A stretch of 64,000 nucleotides of DNA from Chiloscyllium plagiosum. Lineage: Eukaryota. The stretch spans positions 35,938,571 through 36,002,570 of the forward strand of contig NC_057720.1 in the NCBI RefSeq assembly GCF_004010195.1, read 5' to 3'. Every line of letters starts with the position of its first letter. Position 1 is the first letter of the stretch. Of this stretch, positions 25,362 to 38,194 are shown one piece after another. Below the pieces are notes generated by a model. The model did not search any database. It was not told the DNA's origin and worked only from the letters and a program-made list of their open reading frames with translations. Both the position numbers and the translations under genes were made by a program.

Positions 25362-25597
25362 TGTAGTGATTATGATGAGGTTAGCCAGATGGACCTCATA
25401 AAAGATGAGTTCCCGAATTAGAGCTGTTAATCTGATCCAATCAGGGATCCCTGGTTGACAGAAATACACAGAAGTGTCAGAGGTTTCGTTCACTCTGGGA
25501 ACTGGCTGTGAGGGAGCTGGTTTAGTGTCAGGGACTTTCCACATGTAAGTAAAGAGTGACTTGATGACAAGATACCAGCCTATGTGGAGTTGTTTCA
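25362..25597 (+). mobile_element. Solo LTR related to the Gypsy at 4003-7630
   Basis: TGTAGT...TTTCA, colinear similarity with 7399-7630 (agccag.tgga.ctcata...gataccagcc...ggagtt.tttca). Degenerate TSD gtcag/gtttg. Confidence 0.85.
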
Positions 25598-26179
25598 GTT
25601 TGGTTAAGTACCAAAGGAAGGAATTGGGCCATGCTTGATCTTTGCCCATCATCATGCCATTTTGCCAGTGACTGGAATGTGACAGAACAGCTGGAACCCA
25701 ATTAAGCCACTACTAGCCATTTAAGAACCACTTCCCACTGCCACAGCTATTACCCCTATATCAAGGTCCTAATATTGCATGAAGAAATACGAATATGGTG
25801 GCCACTTAGTAAGCTCTGGTTAGGGCATGCCATTCTTTTTGGATTATTACTGGATCAATGAAGCCCCCATCCCCTCACTGGTAGTTCTAACCCCAGTAGT
25901 GAATGCTGACACCCTCACCTCAACCTGCCTGCCAGAACCCAGCATCTCCCAATCTTACTTCCATCTCTTTCAGAGTGCCTTAGCCATTCAACTGTTTTAG
26001 TCTCTTAGTTTCAGCCTTCGTACTGGCAAGACTAGTAATACCATTACTGTGTTACTCGCTCTTTGGGGGCTGGTTTCCATCCTGAATTGGGTTGGCAGCT
26101 CTGATGAAGGCTACTTAATTGACCACTGCAGGTTAATTCTTCTCCAGGTCCAGCTGCTGATGGAAAAAGACTCGTGTCG

Positions 26180-26790
26180 CAGGGGTTACCATTGACCAGA
26201 ACTGGAGCTGACCAACTATACAAATAGTGGCTATAAAAACCGGTCAGAAGGTATGCAGCAAGTAAATAGCTTCTGGACTCCCCACTGTCTGTCCACTGTC
26301 CACAAGGCACATCAGGAGTAGATTATGAAATTGCCTGGATGGATGTAGTTCCAACAATGCTTGAGTAGCTTGATATCATCCAATATGAACCAGCAAACTT
26401 GACTGGCATTCTAACCACAAGCTCACTTCTTCCATCACAAACACACAGTGACAGCAGTGTGTACCACCCATGAGATGGACTGCATTAACTCACCAAGTCA
26501 GCACCTTCCAAACATGTAGCCTTTACCATCTAGAAGGACAAAGACTGCACATGCAGGAGAATACCACCACTTGCAAGTTCCCCTTCAAGCCACTCATCAT
26601 CCTACCTTGGATATATCATTGTTCCTTTCTAATCTTAGGATCCTTTCAACATCCTGGCGTTCCCTTCCTAAGAGCACTTACATCTCAAAGACTACAGTAG
26701 TTTAAGAAGGCAGCTCACCACAGTTAGGCATTGAGGGATGGACAATACGTGCTGTCCTAGCAAGCTGTCCTATCCCATGAACATTTTTTT
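26180..26790 (+). mobile_element. CR1-group LINE 3' fragment (same family as 61280-62558)
   Basis: ggggttaccattgacc..., caccacttgcaagttccccttcaagccactca and a 3' tail gggatggacaatacgtgctg...atcccatgaac. Confidence 0.7.
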
Positions 26791-28514
26791 GGTATAATTC
26801 CAATTTTGGCTCTAGTGTCAGGCATTTCAGCCATCTCATCAAAATTATAACCATTGTTTGTAGATTTGTGGATTGGTGAAATTCAATTTTTTTCCCCTTT
26901 CCACCTAAAATTACATGTTATTATTAAAACATATTTTAAAATTCAACATTCAGCAATTTGAAAGAGGAAATATATTTGAAGATTAGCCAATTATTTAATT
27001 TGTAGTTGACAAAAGGCATTTTTACATCCACTTTACATTGTTGTTTGTACTACTCAAAGCAAGTCTGTCTATAGAACTGATACTAATGAACTCTGTTTTC
27101 TTATAATACTATATTATTCAAAATCGACTCTTGAGATAATCCATACCTAATTCAAGCATGGATTGCTATAGGCCAGATTATTTCCCATTCAAACAATTAC
27201 ATTGACGATACCTGAATGACAGTGAGTGAAATGTCTAGTTATTCATGTTCGTCACTTTTCTACAATCTGAATTGTTGTCAGTCAGCTTTTATAAATGTAG
27301 CTTTGTGTAAAATATTATTATTTCGTATATGAAATGTTTAATTTAATTTCTGTTGCAGCACACAACAAAATGAGCCAAAGAATAACAGTACTTTGGATTT
27401 ATAGTTTTATAAATGCTCTAGAAACCTTGATGCAATTTTTTTAGAAGGATTGAACCAAAAGTATGTGAAGCAATTGCAATCTCAGAAACAATAGTTTTAA
27501 TACCAATCTTGTTTTAGTGTTTTATTCAAGTGGAAATCTGTGCCACAAAAATATGTGCAAGCTTTGTTCCTGTTCCTATAATTTTCCATTAATGACAAAT
27601 AATCTGATCATACTATACTGATGCTCATTAAAATATTTTTGCTTCAGCAGAAATATTCTATTGATGTAGTTAGAAAAGCAATGGTAAAGTATATTCACCA
27701 TCATGTACATATTGTGTATAAACAGCATTTAAGACAGTAATCTGATAGCAGAGTTCAGATGATGAACGTTACCCGGTGTTAAATTTTACATTTAACCCAC
27801 TTGATTTGGTTAGTGCCCTGAGCTTCTCTGCAAAGTATCAATTTCCTTGATATAATTAGATTTAGTCCTACCACAAAGTATTCAGGTGTTACTCGTTCAA
27901 GGTGTTATTCTTGGCTATCTACTGGCTGTCGCTCCATGCTTTGGAACCTCAGATATTCACTTAAGCACCTGTCAAAAATGTATCAAATTCAAATCCATTA
28001 AGATTCAACTGTAATATGATATTTAAAACTCATTTTATAGAAATCCTGCAATAAACAATATAATATCATAACAATATTTAGCTTTAAAATTCATAAAGCT
28101 ATCACAATTGTTTTACATTTTTATAATTTTTGACGTTATTACTATATTACAGAAAGTGTTAAATCGACCAGCTTAATTTCCTCATAGTGTAAAAGTGCCA
28201 TCACTAGGTTTGTATAGTTAGAAAAAAGGTCATACGGCAATCTTCCTTTCAATGTAAGATGCCAATACAAACAACTATTTGATGCTTATGTTAGTATGCA
28301 ATATGAGAACTTCTTTATTTTGTTTGTTACATTAAAGTTAAGAGAATTTTTGTGTGGTTTATAAGATAGAAAACAACTTTACTTTTTTTTCATTCAGTAG
28401 TTCTTCTGCTGTTTGGATGGCAACTAGACATGAAGTTTTCTCCATAGTCTTATGGCTACCTAAATAAAAAGGTCTGAACTGTAATAGAATCAAACATTTT
28501 TTTCTTTTTCTTAG

Positions 28515-28587
28515 GCTGCCAGGACAATGCCAACTCTTGGGTCTGCCAGTTCCTGATTACTTCAAGAAGTGGATTAATCTCAAAAAG
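28515..28587 (+). CDS. ERI3: Internal 73-bp coding exon of ERI1 exoribonuclease 3 (DEDDh 3'-5' exonuclease)
   Basis: Polypyrimidine tract + AG, then G CTG CCA...AAA AAG, then GTACTT. It translates (M)LPGQCQLLGLPVPDYFKKWINLKK, which I recognise as vertebrate ERI3 MLPGQCQYLGLPVADYFKQWINLKK. Phase 2/0. Confidence 0.92.
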
Positions 28588-30149
28588 GTACTTTGAGTAA
28601 CAGGCACCATTTTCAAGGATGAAGTCTTAAGAGATGCTTAATAGCCAATCCCATTTGCATTGAAATGAGAAGTTGATGGCTCGAAGCCTGGGTTGATTCT
28701 GGAACTAGGATCTTCTTTTTGTGTCACAGCTAAATAGGATATTATGTACCATCTGAACTCTGAAGTTTCTCTTTGCCATAGCTGTCTTGTAAGCATGTGT
28801 TGCCTTTGGGGTAATCAGGAAAAAATATTATGTCCTTACAATCACAGGGTTTAGGAATATTAAAATGTCTTGGTGCATATGCAGTGTTATTTTGATTGGT
28901 ATTTTAACCTTTGACTAGCCTATAAAGAAATTCTCTCTTCAAGCCAATATTACATTGCTGAAATTTAATTCAGAAATCATACCAGATAATAGGAAGACAG
29001 ATAATGTATGCATGAAGGATATTATATTTGGTCTAAATGCAGAGAGGCCAGGACTTTGTACTTGAATAATAGCCCAGAGTGACTTATAATCTGCTGGAGA
29101 GAAATACCTTACTGTCAGTGTAGAGAGGAGAAGTCTTAAATCAGGCAGAATAAAAAAAAGCTTGAAAGTAAGAGGATAAAGGCACGAGTCTTCCATTAAC
29201 CCTTCCAACTACATATTATTGCAGTATTTTGGATTGTTTTATCCCTCCAGGACTGGAACACTTCCCTTTTCACCATGTTCTATTGTGTCCACATATTTTA
29301 AGCATTTTTATTTAAAGATGTGAATGGGCTGTAACTATATAAAACTGATATTATTACCATTTTAGCCTTTTTGTTACCTTGTGGAACTTTATAACCACGC
29401 ATCTGCTTTGTATTGCTATTCTTACTTTCCATATTCAGAAAAGCAAACAATATAAAATATTGTTGGACAATGAAGTCAGAATAGTTCTTAGACTGCACGA
29501 TTACCATTGTAATCTGAATTTTAAAAAAAATTAGCCCTTTAAAAAAAACCCTTCCTGTTAAAAAAAAATTATAATGAAGTATTGTCTGATATTCTACAAG
29601 TTTGTGATGCCTTAAGATCACTGTTCTAAGCATACTGATGTGTCTTTGATCTGTTATTCATTTGGAGTAACTGATTCTTTATCTCTATATTGAAAAAAGG
29701 AAAAACTGCCTTTTGACTTGTCTTGGGGGCAAATATTTCTGGAAATGCCATGTATTTCAGTTTGGATTTCAATCTTACAAAGCTATACAGGGGACATTAT
29801 AAAAGAAACTTATAAATGTAACTTTTAAGAAAAAATATTTGACTATTATCAAAGGTTACTAAGAGTTGGCCCTTGTAGTAACAAAAGGCATTTTCCAAGA
29901 AATGATGAATAAAATTTAAGTTCACTTTTTTTATATCACCCTAACCCAAAGAGGAGGTCTTCATTGATTAGATATTTTACAATTGTAAAAGATGATAATT
30001 TGCATCTCATTATAGCTACTTTAAAATTGTACAAGTGTTCAATTGTATTCAGCTCAGCTGGTGACTAAATATCTGAATTTTATATTAGAGTGCGTCCCCT
30101 CCTTAACCCTTCAATGTTCGTCCTTTCTCGTCAACCTTTCCTGAATATT

Positions 30150-30430
30150 GACTGGAGGTTGACTCTGTCAGAAAGGGTCAGCAGCTGCATAATAACACTG
30201 AGATGAGGAAGGCACTAAGCAGAGCTCTGATTAACATACAGCTAAGAGAGATAAGAGGGAAGAGCTTATGTGTCACTTTGCAGATGGCAAGCAGCTGTTT
30301 TGACTGCAAATTTATAACAGCAAGATCCAGGACTTGCTTAGGATAGGATTTATCAATAGGCTGAATGTTTCTTGCGTACACAGTGAGCTTGCATGAAAGA
30401 TCACAGTAAAATCCTACATTAATCATCTAC
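30150..30430. promoter_or_regulatory. Candidate conserved non-coding element
   Basis: A GC-richer unique island in AT-rich TE-free DNA, with CAGCTG and CAGATG E-boxes, AGATAA and TGATTAA. Confidence 0.4.
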
Positions 30431-31496
30431 AACTTGCTATTCTGTATGATAATGTATAAAATGTTGTGCATCATGTTTGATTTCAAGATGACTTAGTAGT
30501 CATAAAACATGGTAATACAACTTGTATTATCATGTAGAAGTGCACTTTTATTTATACACTATATTGATGTTAGTCTTGCAAGTATCCAATTAAGTTTGAA
30601 ATCTATCCGTGTAGATGGTTTTGGAATGTGTTTTAAAGGAAATATAAAGGAAAAGATGGGGAAGCAGTGTTCTACTCCAGAAAGCCAGGCATAGAGGATA
30701 TTTATGAAATCTACACTTTATGCACTTGTTAATCTTTTTATTTATAGAGGTCTGTAATAAAAACATGCACCTCTATACCAAAAGTCTACCACATATGTAG
30801 GAGCACAAGTGAATTGTCAACCTGAATATAATGAAATACTTAATGCCTAAACAACTAATAGACAGTAGTAGTTTAGGAGGGAATTTTTGAAACATGGAGC
30901 CTATGTGGATGGAGCTATGACTACTTGTGATGGGTGAGTGAAACTTGGTATTGGATAATGTGAGCACAGCAGAGTTTTTGGATGGACAGAAGTTTGTGGC
31001 TGGTTGAAGATTGGAGTTTTAATCAAAACAGTTGGATTAATTTCTAAGTGTTATCATATGGTATTATTTTACTTTGAGTTTTTGCATGTTTTTGTATGTT
31101 TTTGCATTTCAAACGGATAAAATTTTGCTGAAATAGCAAACCAAAAACTGTATGAGCAGGATGTTAAGCATTTGTCTACTGTTATCAGTGATAATTTTAA
31201 GGCATCCATTCTGCAATGGGTTTGGGAGATCAAAACTGTAATGTACACATTATTATGTTGTCATTATTGACAAAAGCCTGTTTCTCGTTCTTTTCTTGGT
31301 TCGTACAAAAATTTCAGAAAACATTAGGGAATAATTTGTAAGAATATAAATTTTATTGTACTTTAATGCTGGTTATTGTACTGGTAACATTTAGGTATAT
31401 GGGAAAGGAATGTAATAAGTAAATGTATATTTTATGCAAAATGAAATAAATATAAGCCTTAATTGCAACTTTGGGTAGGTAGGTGGCAAGTTTAGG

Positions 31497-31860
31497 GCAG
31501 ATGATGGCCAAGTGGTATTATTGCAGAACTGTTAATCCAGAGATCCAGGTAATGTTCGGGGGACATTCTGGATTTAATCCTGTCATGGAGGATGACGGAA
31601 TTTGAATTCAATTTAAAAAATCTGGAATTAGAGTCTAATGATGACCATGAATCAATTACCGATTGTGAGAAAACCCCATCTGGTTCACTAATGTCTTTCA
31701 GCGAAGAAAACTACCCTCCCTACCCAGTCTGGCATACATGTGACTCCTACATATGACTGCAGACCCACAGCAGTGTGGTTGATTCTTAACTGTTCTCTGG
31801 GCAATTCGGGATGGACAACAAATGCTGGCCTAGCTAGTGACAACCTCATTCCCTCAATCG
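31497..31860 (+). mobile_element. tRNA-derived SINE whose 3' tail matches the CR1-group LINE
   Basis: A-box-like tggccaagtgg, decayed B-box, body ccatctggttcactaatgtc...cagacccacagc, tail gggatggacaacaaatgctggcctagc. Confidence 0.75.
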
Positions 31861-32024
31861 CTTCTTCAAAAATGAGTCCTAGCTTATTTTAAATTCCTGG
31901 TTTACAGTCAGAATCACTGTATAGGCTTCCCATTGAGGCTTAAGTTAAAATTCTACATTTGTAGAGAAGGACCCCAATGGCTTTGAGCACTCATCATTTG
32001 AGCACAATGTTATCATTTATTGGA

Positions 32025-33645
32025 AGGGGAAATTTAATATAAAAGTAGAGAGAATATGCTTTAGTTGTACAGGCAATGGTGAGTCCACATCTGGAACATT
32101 GTGCACAGTATTGGATACATTATTTATGAAAGCATGCAAATACATTGAAGGCAGTTCAGAGAAGGTTTACCAGATTAATACCTGGAATGGGAGTGTTTCC
32201 TATGAGGAAAGGTTGAACAGGCACAGCTTATATCCACTGAAGTTTACAAGAGTAAGAGGTAACCTGATTGAAATATATAAGATCATGACGGTCTTGACAG
32301 GGTAAACGTGGGGAGGATGTTTCCTGTTATAGAGCAATTTAGAATTGAGTGTCACTATTTAAACATCAGGAGTCACCCATTTATAACAAAGATTAGGCGA
32401 AATTTTTTTCCTCTCAGAAGGTATCTATAATTCTTCCTGAAAAGTTGATGGAAGAAGAGCTCTTGAATATTTTTAAGATGGTGTTAGATTCTTATTAGGA
32501 AGTGATGCGAAGTTATCAAGGTGGAAAGGAATGTGGTTTTGAGATTATAGTCAGATCAGCCATGGTCTTATTGAATAGGAAGCAGGCTTGAGGAGCTCAA
32601 TGGCATACTCCTCCTTTTTCAAATCTCCTTATGTAACAGGACTGTTTTCAGATAGGCAAACTTATTAACAGAGTGCGACGGGGATCTCAAATATTTACAG
32701 TTTCCATCTTCAATGAAACGATGGTGTGTGTTGAAGACAAATTTGCTGATGACACAAATATAGGTAAGAATGGAAGTTGTGAGGAAGGCATAGCACCTAC
32801 AAAGGGACATAGATTAAGCAAATGGCTGAAAATTTGGCAGATGGAGTGAAATGCAGAAATAAATTAGTTTGTTCAAAATATGAGATTGATGGGAAGAATT
32901 GCAAAATAAAATGTTAGTTAAATGGAGAGAGTATGAAGAATACTGCAGCATGGGAAGATCCAGGTGTCTTCATATAGGAATTACAGAAGGTTATCATTTA
33001 GCTCACAGCTAGTTATAATGTGGGTCAAAGGAATGTTGGTCCTTTGTTGCAAGGGTAGTGGGGTATAAAATTTGTAAATCTCATTTCAATTGTACAGAGT
33101 GTTTATGAGACTATACCTAGGGTGTTGTGTGGTTATTTCATTTTCCCATTTAAGAAGGAATATACCTGCATTGAAGACAGTTCAGAGAGGATTCACATGG
33201 TTCATTCCTGGAATGAATAGGAAAGGTTCAACAGATTTGACTTAATTCATTGGAATTTAGAAGAAAGAGCGGCAATCATAGAGAAGCACGTAGGATTCTG
33301 AGGGGACCTGAATTTGAATGCTGAAAGGATGTTTCCACTTGGAGAGGAGCCTCTAACTGGGGAGACCATTTAAAAATAAGAGGTATCCATCTAAGACTGA
33401 ATGGAAGAGAATTTTTTTCACTGTGTTGTTAATCTTTGGAACTCTCTACCCCGGAGAGCAGGAGAGGCTGGGACAATCAATATATTCACGGCTGAGTTGG
33501 ACAGATTTTGATTTAGAAGGGAGTCAAGAGTTATGGTAGGGACAGATGGGAAAGTGGAGTTAAAACCGTGATCAGCCTTGGTTTTTCTGAATGTGGAGCA
33601 AGTTTAAGAGGCCAAATAGACTACAGTTTTTCTTGTTTCTTAATT
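32025..33645 (+). mobile_element. Two tandem old CR1 3' fragments (about 32025-32615 and 32630-33645)
   Basis: SYEERLNRHSLYPLKFTRVRGNLIEIYKIM; KFADDTNI and two CR1 3' UTRs. Confidence 0.8.
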
Positions 33646-34763
33646 TCTGATGGATGCTGGTTAATTTTATTTTAGATAAAACAATCAACTGCAAAACAAC
33701 TATTTATTTAGTGGCTCTTGCATTTGTCAAGGAACAAGTTGTTAGTGAGGGCAAATTGAACATATTTTGCATTTAACAGCAACATCAAATATTTTCTAGT
33801 CTTTGAACATCAGCAACAGCTTGTATTTGTCCAATGTAATGTTGATGCCGTAAATAGCAGCTCGTGCTTCACACAATAGAAGCACACACTGAGAAGTGGA
33901 GACTGCAAAATAATAGAAGAGTGAGAAGAGAAGACCATATAACATTTGTTTAAGGAGATGGCGTTTGATCGAAATTGTAAAAGATAGAGAGATAATAAGG
34001 TTGAGGAATTTAGCAAGAAGCTTCCAGAAAGGAGGACCAAGACTGTTGCAGACTCTGCCACCACCATCGCATTTCTACTTCACCCATCACATATTCTTTC
34101 ATAATTGGTAATTAGGAATCATTCAGTGTTATTTGCCCATGAGATGTAAGCTAATTTCAAAGAAAGGTTACAACCAGGAAAACAATCTGCAGAATTTGAA
34201 ATCGGAGCTCCATGATGAGTGAATTCAAGCAACATGCTTTCACCCACAGACTGTCAGAGAAACATTCACAATAATGCAATGATGCAGCATTTTATCTTGC
34301 AACTTTTAATTTTAATTTGCTTGCCAGTATTTCAACTAAGGGTGTTCTAAATTCTGAAAACTCTTTTGAGGATAATAAAAGTCATTTTGAGGATAATAAG
34401 AGTCATTTTGAGATTATCCTCTCTCAACACTCTTAATGTGTGATGTAGTGATCAATTGTGTTCTCCCAACAATGTGTTATCAATAGCATTGGAATGTTTC
34501 TGCAGACTGTATTTTAACAAAAGCAAAATTTTCTTGAATACAGCAAAAGATTTGGAAAAATAAATACTCTTGGAAGCTGAACTGTTATTAAATAATTCTG
34601 GATTGCACCCACTCTGTACTAGAAACCTAAGATATCAGCTTTTTCTTGTTTTAAAGTAAACCGCTTTGAGTGTTAGTGCTATCTACTTAATATGATTGTC
34701 CATTCATATTCTTAGTATGAATTGTTTTGTAAGGTGGAAGGAGTGCTGCATCAGAAGCAGTAT

Positions 34764-35170
34764 ATAGAACATAGAAGAATACAGCGCAGTACAGGCCCTT
34801 CGGCCCTCGATGTTGCGCCGATCCAAGCCCACCTAACCTACACTAGCCCACTATCCTCCATATGCCTATCCAATGCCCGCTTAAATGCCCATAATGAGGG
34901 AGAGTCCACCACTGCTACTGGCAGGGCATTCCATGAACTCACGACTCGCTGAGTAAAGAACCTACCCCTAACATCTGTCCTATACCTACCCCCCCTTAAT
35001 ATAAAGCTATGCCCCCTTGTAATAGCTGACTCCATACGTGGAAAAAGATTCTCACTGTCGACCCTATATAAACCCCTAATCATCTTGTACACCTCTATCA
35101 AGTCACCCCTAAACTTCTTTTCTCCAATGAAAACAACCCCAAGTGCCTCAGCCTTTCCTCATACGATCTT
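34764..35170 (-). mobile_element. Young CR1 3' fragment, same subfamily as 16354-16792
   Basis: IEVYKMIRGLYRVDSENLFPRMESAITRGHSF...DRHMEDSGLV is near-identical to the 16.4 kb copy. Confidence 0.93.
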
Positions 35171-36247
35171 TAAATTCTGCAAATAGCAAAACTTTACAAG
35201 GAAAAAAGAAAACTTAAATGTTCCAGCACCTCAGTGGCTTTACCATAATAAAATGCTACATTTTAAGAATTGAAATCTTAAAGGTGAACCAGCTGAGCCA
35301 TTTTAAAGGAATCTCTATAAATAGCTGCAATGAAGATGCTGAAGGTTATATGCTGAAGTGGATTCACTTCAAGCTGATTTAAAGGACTCTGCTTTTGCCT
35401 GCTACTTTAATCATCCTTCTGTCCTATAGCCATAACAGATTTATTTTAAAGAAGGTTAGTTAAGCAGTTCATAATGGGGATAAGTGGGGAGTCAAAATAA
35501 AAGGTACACTGTTTAACAACTGAAGCTCTTCAGAAAAGAACTGTTCAAACTGTTAAGATCATTCTGCATTTTGATGACAGCTCTTGACTCTTCTGTGATT
35601 TACACAGGACTAGTAGAAGTCATGAGGCCCTTCATTGAGCTGTCTTAAATGTAGCTTTAGCTACATTGTTGAGCTGCAATAATTAGTGGATTTGCTGTAC
35701 TGGAAATTACGTTGATCGAACAAGAAAAAATAGTGCTTTCAAATATTTGCAAGTAAATCTGCATTGTCTTTTTCGTAGGATCACGGAATCTTACAGCACA
35801 GGAAATGGTCATTCGGCCCATCTTAACTGTGCCAGCTCTTTGAAAGAGTTGCTCAGTTAGACTCTCTTGAACTATTGTTTCCCTACAGCCTTCAGTTTTT
35901 TTTTCCATTTTCACTTGTATATTCAATAACCTTTAGAATGCTACTATTGAATCAGCTTCCACCACCCTTTCAGACAGTATATTAAATATCATAACATATT
36001 GCTGAATAAGATCATTTGCTAATTTTTTTAAATTACTCTCTCTGGTTATTGACCCCCTCAACAATGGGAATAGTTTTTCCTTATTTGCTCAGCCAAGATA
36101 CCTTAAAATTTGGACTTTTGATACTCTAAGAATAATCTTACCCTTTCTAGCCTCCGCCTATAAATGCAATCCCTTCTTCCTAACATCATTCTGGTAAATC
36201 TGTTCAACATCTCCATGCACTAATCTGGATAGAACTGCAGTTATTAA

Positions 36248-36360
36248 TATGAGCCATGGAAACAGACATAAGTATGTGCTTTGTTTGCCTTATTTGTCAT
36301 TAAAGACAGGAGTACCTCCAAATCTAACTCATAGCAGAGGAAGAAGGCAAAATATAAATA
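36248..36360 (+). repeat. Copy 1 (empty site) of a locally triplicated L2-like RT fragment
   Basis: gagccatggaa.c..acataag.atgtg...tgtcattaaagac...ctccaaatctaa.tca.agca...ggcaaaatataaat is shared with 38541-38649 and 39691-39792. Confidence 0.8.
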
Positions 36361-37261
36361 TGATTTAATTAAAATTATACTATTGAAATGATGTCGTTAA
36401 AATTGTTAATGAAAGAAAATATGTTTTTGTTACTTTTGCATTTAATTTTGAATTCATATGCAATTCAGTTTAATATGAGAAATCCACTATAAAACTCACT
36501 ACTTAAAACAAATACAGAATTTGAACTAGAATTCTTCTTAAAGGCATATTCCAGAATGATGCTGTATGGATGTAAATCTCCTCATAGTACCAGAGTAGAG
36601 AATGCATAAATAGTGAAAACAGGAAAAACAATGAGTTTGTAATAAGAGATTTTACTTTTCAAATACGTTTTAACAGAACAATTTTTAATACTGAAAGCAA
36701 TTAGGGTTGTTTGTAGAATGCTGTGTTTTAGAACTGTCAATGGAACAGGGTTCAGTGGATTTCGTGATGAGCATATAACCAGAATTGGTTAATGACTTCC
36801 AAAGGTTGAGGAATGAATTACAATAAACTAAGCTGAACTACTTATAGATAAAGTTACAGACCACCAGTGGAAAATATTCAAAAAAACTATTTGGTACAAT
36901 GTAAAACAAATACAGAGCCCGAAAAGCCAAAGGATACAATGGTGCAGTTGACAGGCAGATTAGAACATGAAGCTTATGGAAAAGGCTTACAAAATGCGAG
37001 CTCAAGTGGAAATCCAACCAAATGGCAAGCTATAAAAAGAAACAGAGGACAAGTAATAAGAGTTGCATGAAGGGAGAATGAAGGAAGAAATCCAGAAAGT
37101 GATGTTAAACTGAACCCCAAATGTTTTTTTTTAAACAATAAAATATAAGGAAATGGCAGACATGTGAAATGATCAATATGTATCCATTTTTGGCAGTGGA
37201 GAAAAACGTTTGGGCCACATGGGTAGCGACCTCTCTCTGAGCTTGACATTCTGAGTTCAAG

Positions 37262-37470
37262 GCTGAAAATGTGTTGCTGGAAAAGCGCAGCAGGTCAGGC
37301 AGCATCCAAGGAACAGGAGAATCGACGTTTCGGGCATAAGCCCTTCAGGAATGAAGCTTATGCCCGAAACGTCAATTCTCCTGTTCCTTGGATGCTGCCT
37401 GACCTGCTGCGCTTTTCCAGCAACACATTTTCAGCTCTGATCTCCAGCATCTGCAGCCCTCACTTTCTCC
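37262..37470. mobile_element. Young fold-back PLE family A mini-element with 14-bp TSD
   Basis: 80-bp inverted arms (37262-37341 / 37356-37435) and TSD ATTCTGAGTTCAAG (37248-37261 / 37471-37484). Confidence 0.92.
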
Positions 37471-37509
37471 ATTCTGAGTTCAAGTCCCACTTTGGAATGT
37501 TTATATGTT

Positions 37510-38135
37510 TGAAACAGTTCAGTGGAGCTTTACTAGACTAATACCTGGAATGAGCAAATTGCTTTATAAGGAAAGGCTAGGCAGGTTAGGGCTGAATCCA
37601 TTGCAGTTTAGAAGAATCAAGGATGACTTAATTGAAACTTATATGATCCTACAGTGATTTGACTAAGTGAAATTGAAAAGATGTTTATTCTTGTGGGAGA
37701 ATCTGGAACGAGGGGTCGTTGTTTAAAAATAAGAGGTAACCCATTTAAATCAGAGATGAAGAAACATGTTTTCTCTGAGGGTTGAGTGTCTTTGGAATCC
37801 CTGGATTACCAGTCCAGTAATAATATCACCAGGCCACTGCCTTGCCTGGGGAGCCTTACTCCCCATTGGGTGAACTCATCAGGCCATTAGAAATTTTAGC
37901 TCCTTGATTTAAGCCTTCACTCAGGACAACTTTCTCACCATAACTACACATTTGGCTTGTCCTCAAAAGGCAGTGGATGCAGAATCTCAAAATATTCTTT
38001 AGGTTGAGGTTGACAGACTCTTAATTTTTCATCCCCTTGGTAATCATCAGGGGTATGCAGGAATGTAGGGTAGAGGTTAAAATTAGATCAGCCATGATCT
38101 TCTTGAATGGAGGAGCAGGCTGCTCAGTCCTTTTG
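37510..38135 (+). mobile_element. Old CR1 3' fragment with an internal insertion (about 37797-37960)
   Basis: FTRLIPGMSKLLYKERLGRLGLNPLQFRRIKDDLIETY and a CR1 3' UTR. Confidence 0.75.
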
Positions 38136-38194
38136 TATGTTAATGGCCATGGAGGATGAGTTCGTAATGTGACCAAAACAGATTGATTACCAAA

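Noticed and set aside
25650..26160. GC-richer blocks with ttaag/cttaattg motifs (also about 15560-15720 and 56380-56830) as CNEs
   Set aside because: They resemble each other loosely and look like old non-autonomous DNA-transposon remnants. I cannot define ends or a family.
34365..34411. 21-bp tandem repeat (ttttgaggataataa.agtca)
   Set aside because: A simple slippage duplication with no functional hint.
37262..37470. CRISPR-like or prokaryotic palindromic repeats
   Set aside because: The context is a eukaryotic intron, and the repeats are dispersed PLE termini with no repeat-spacer array.
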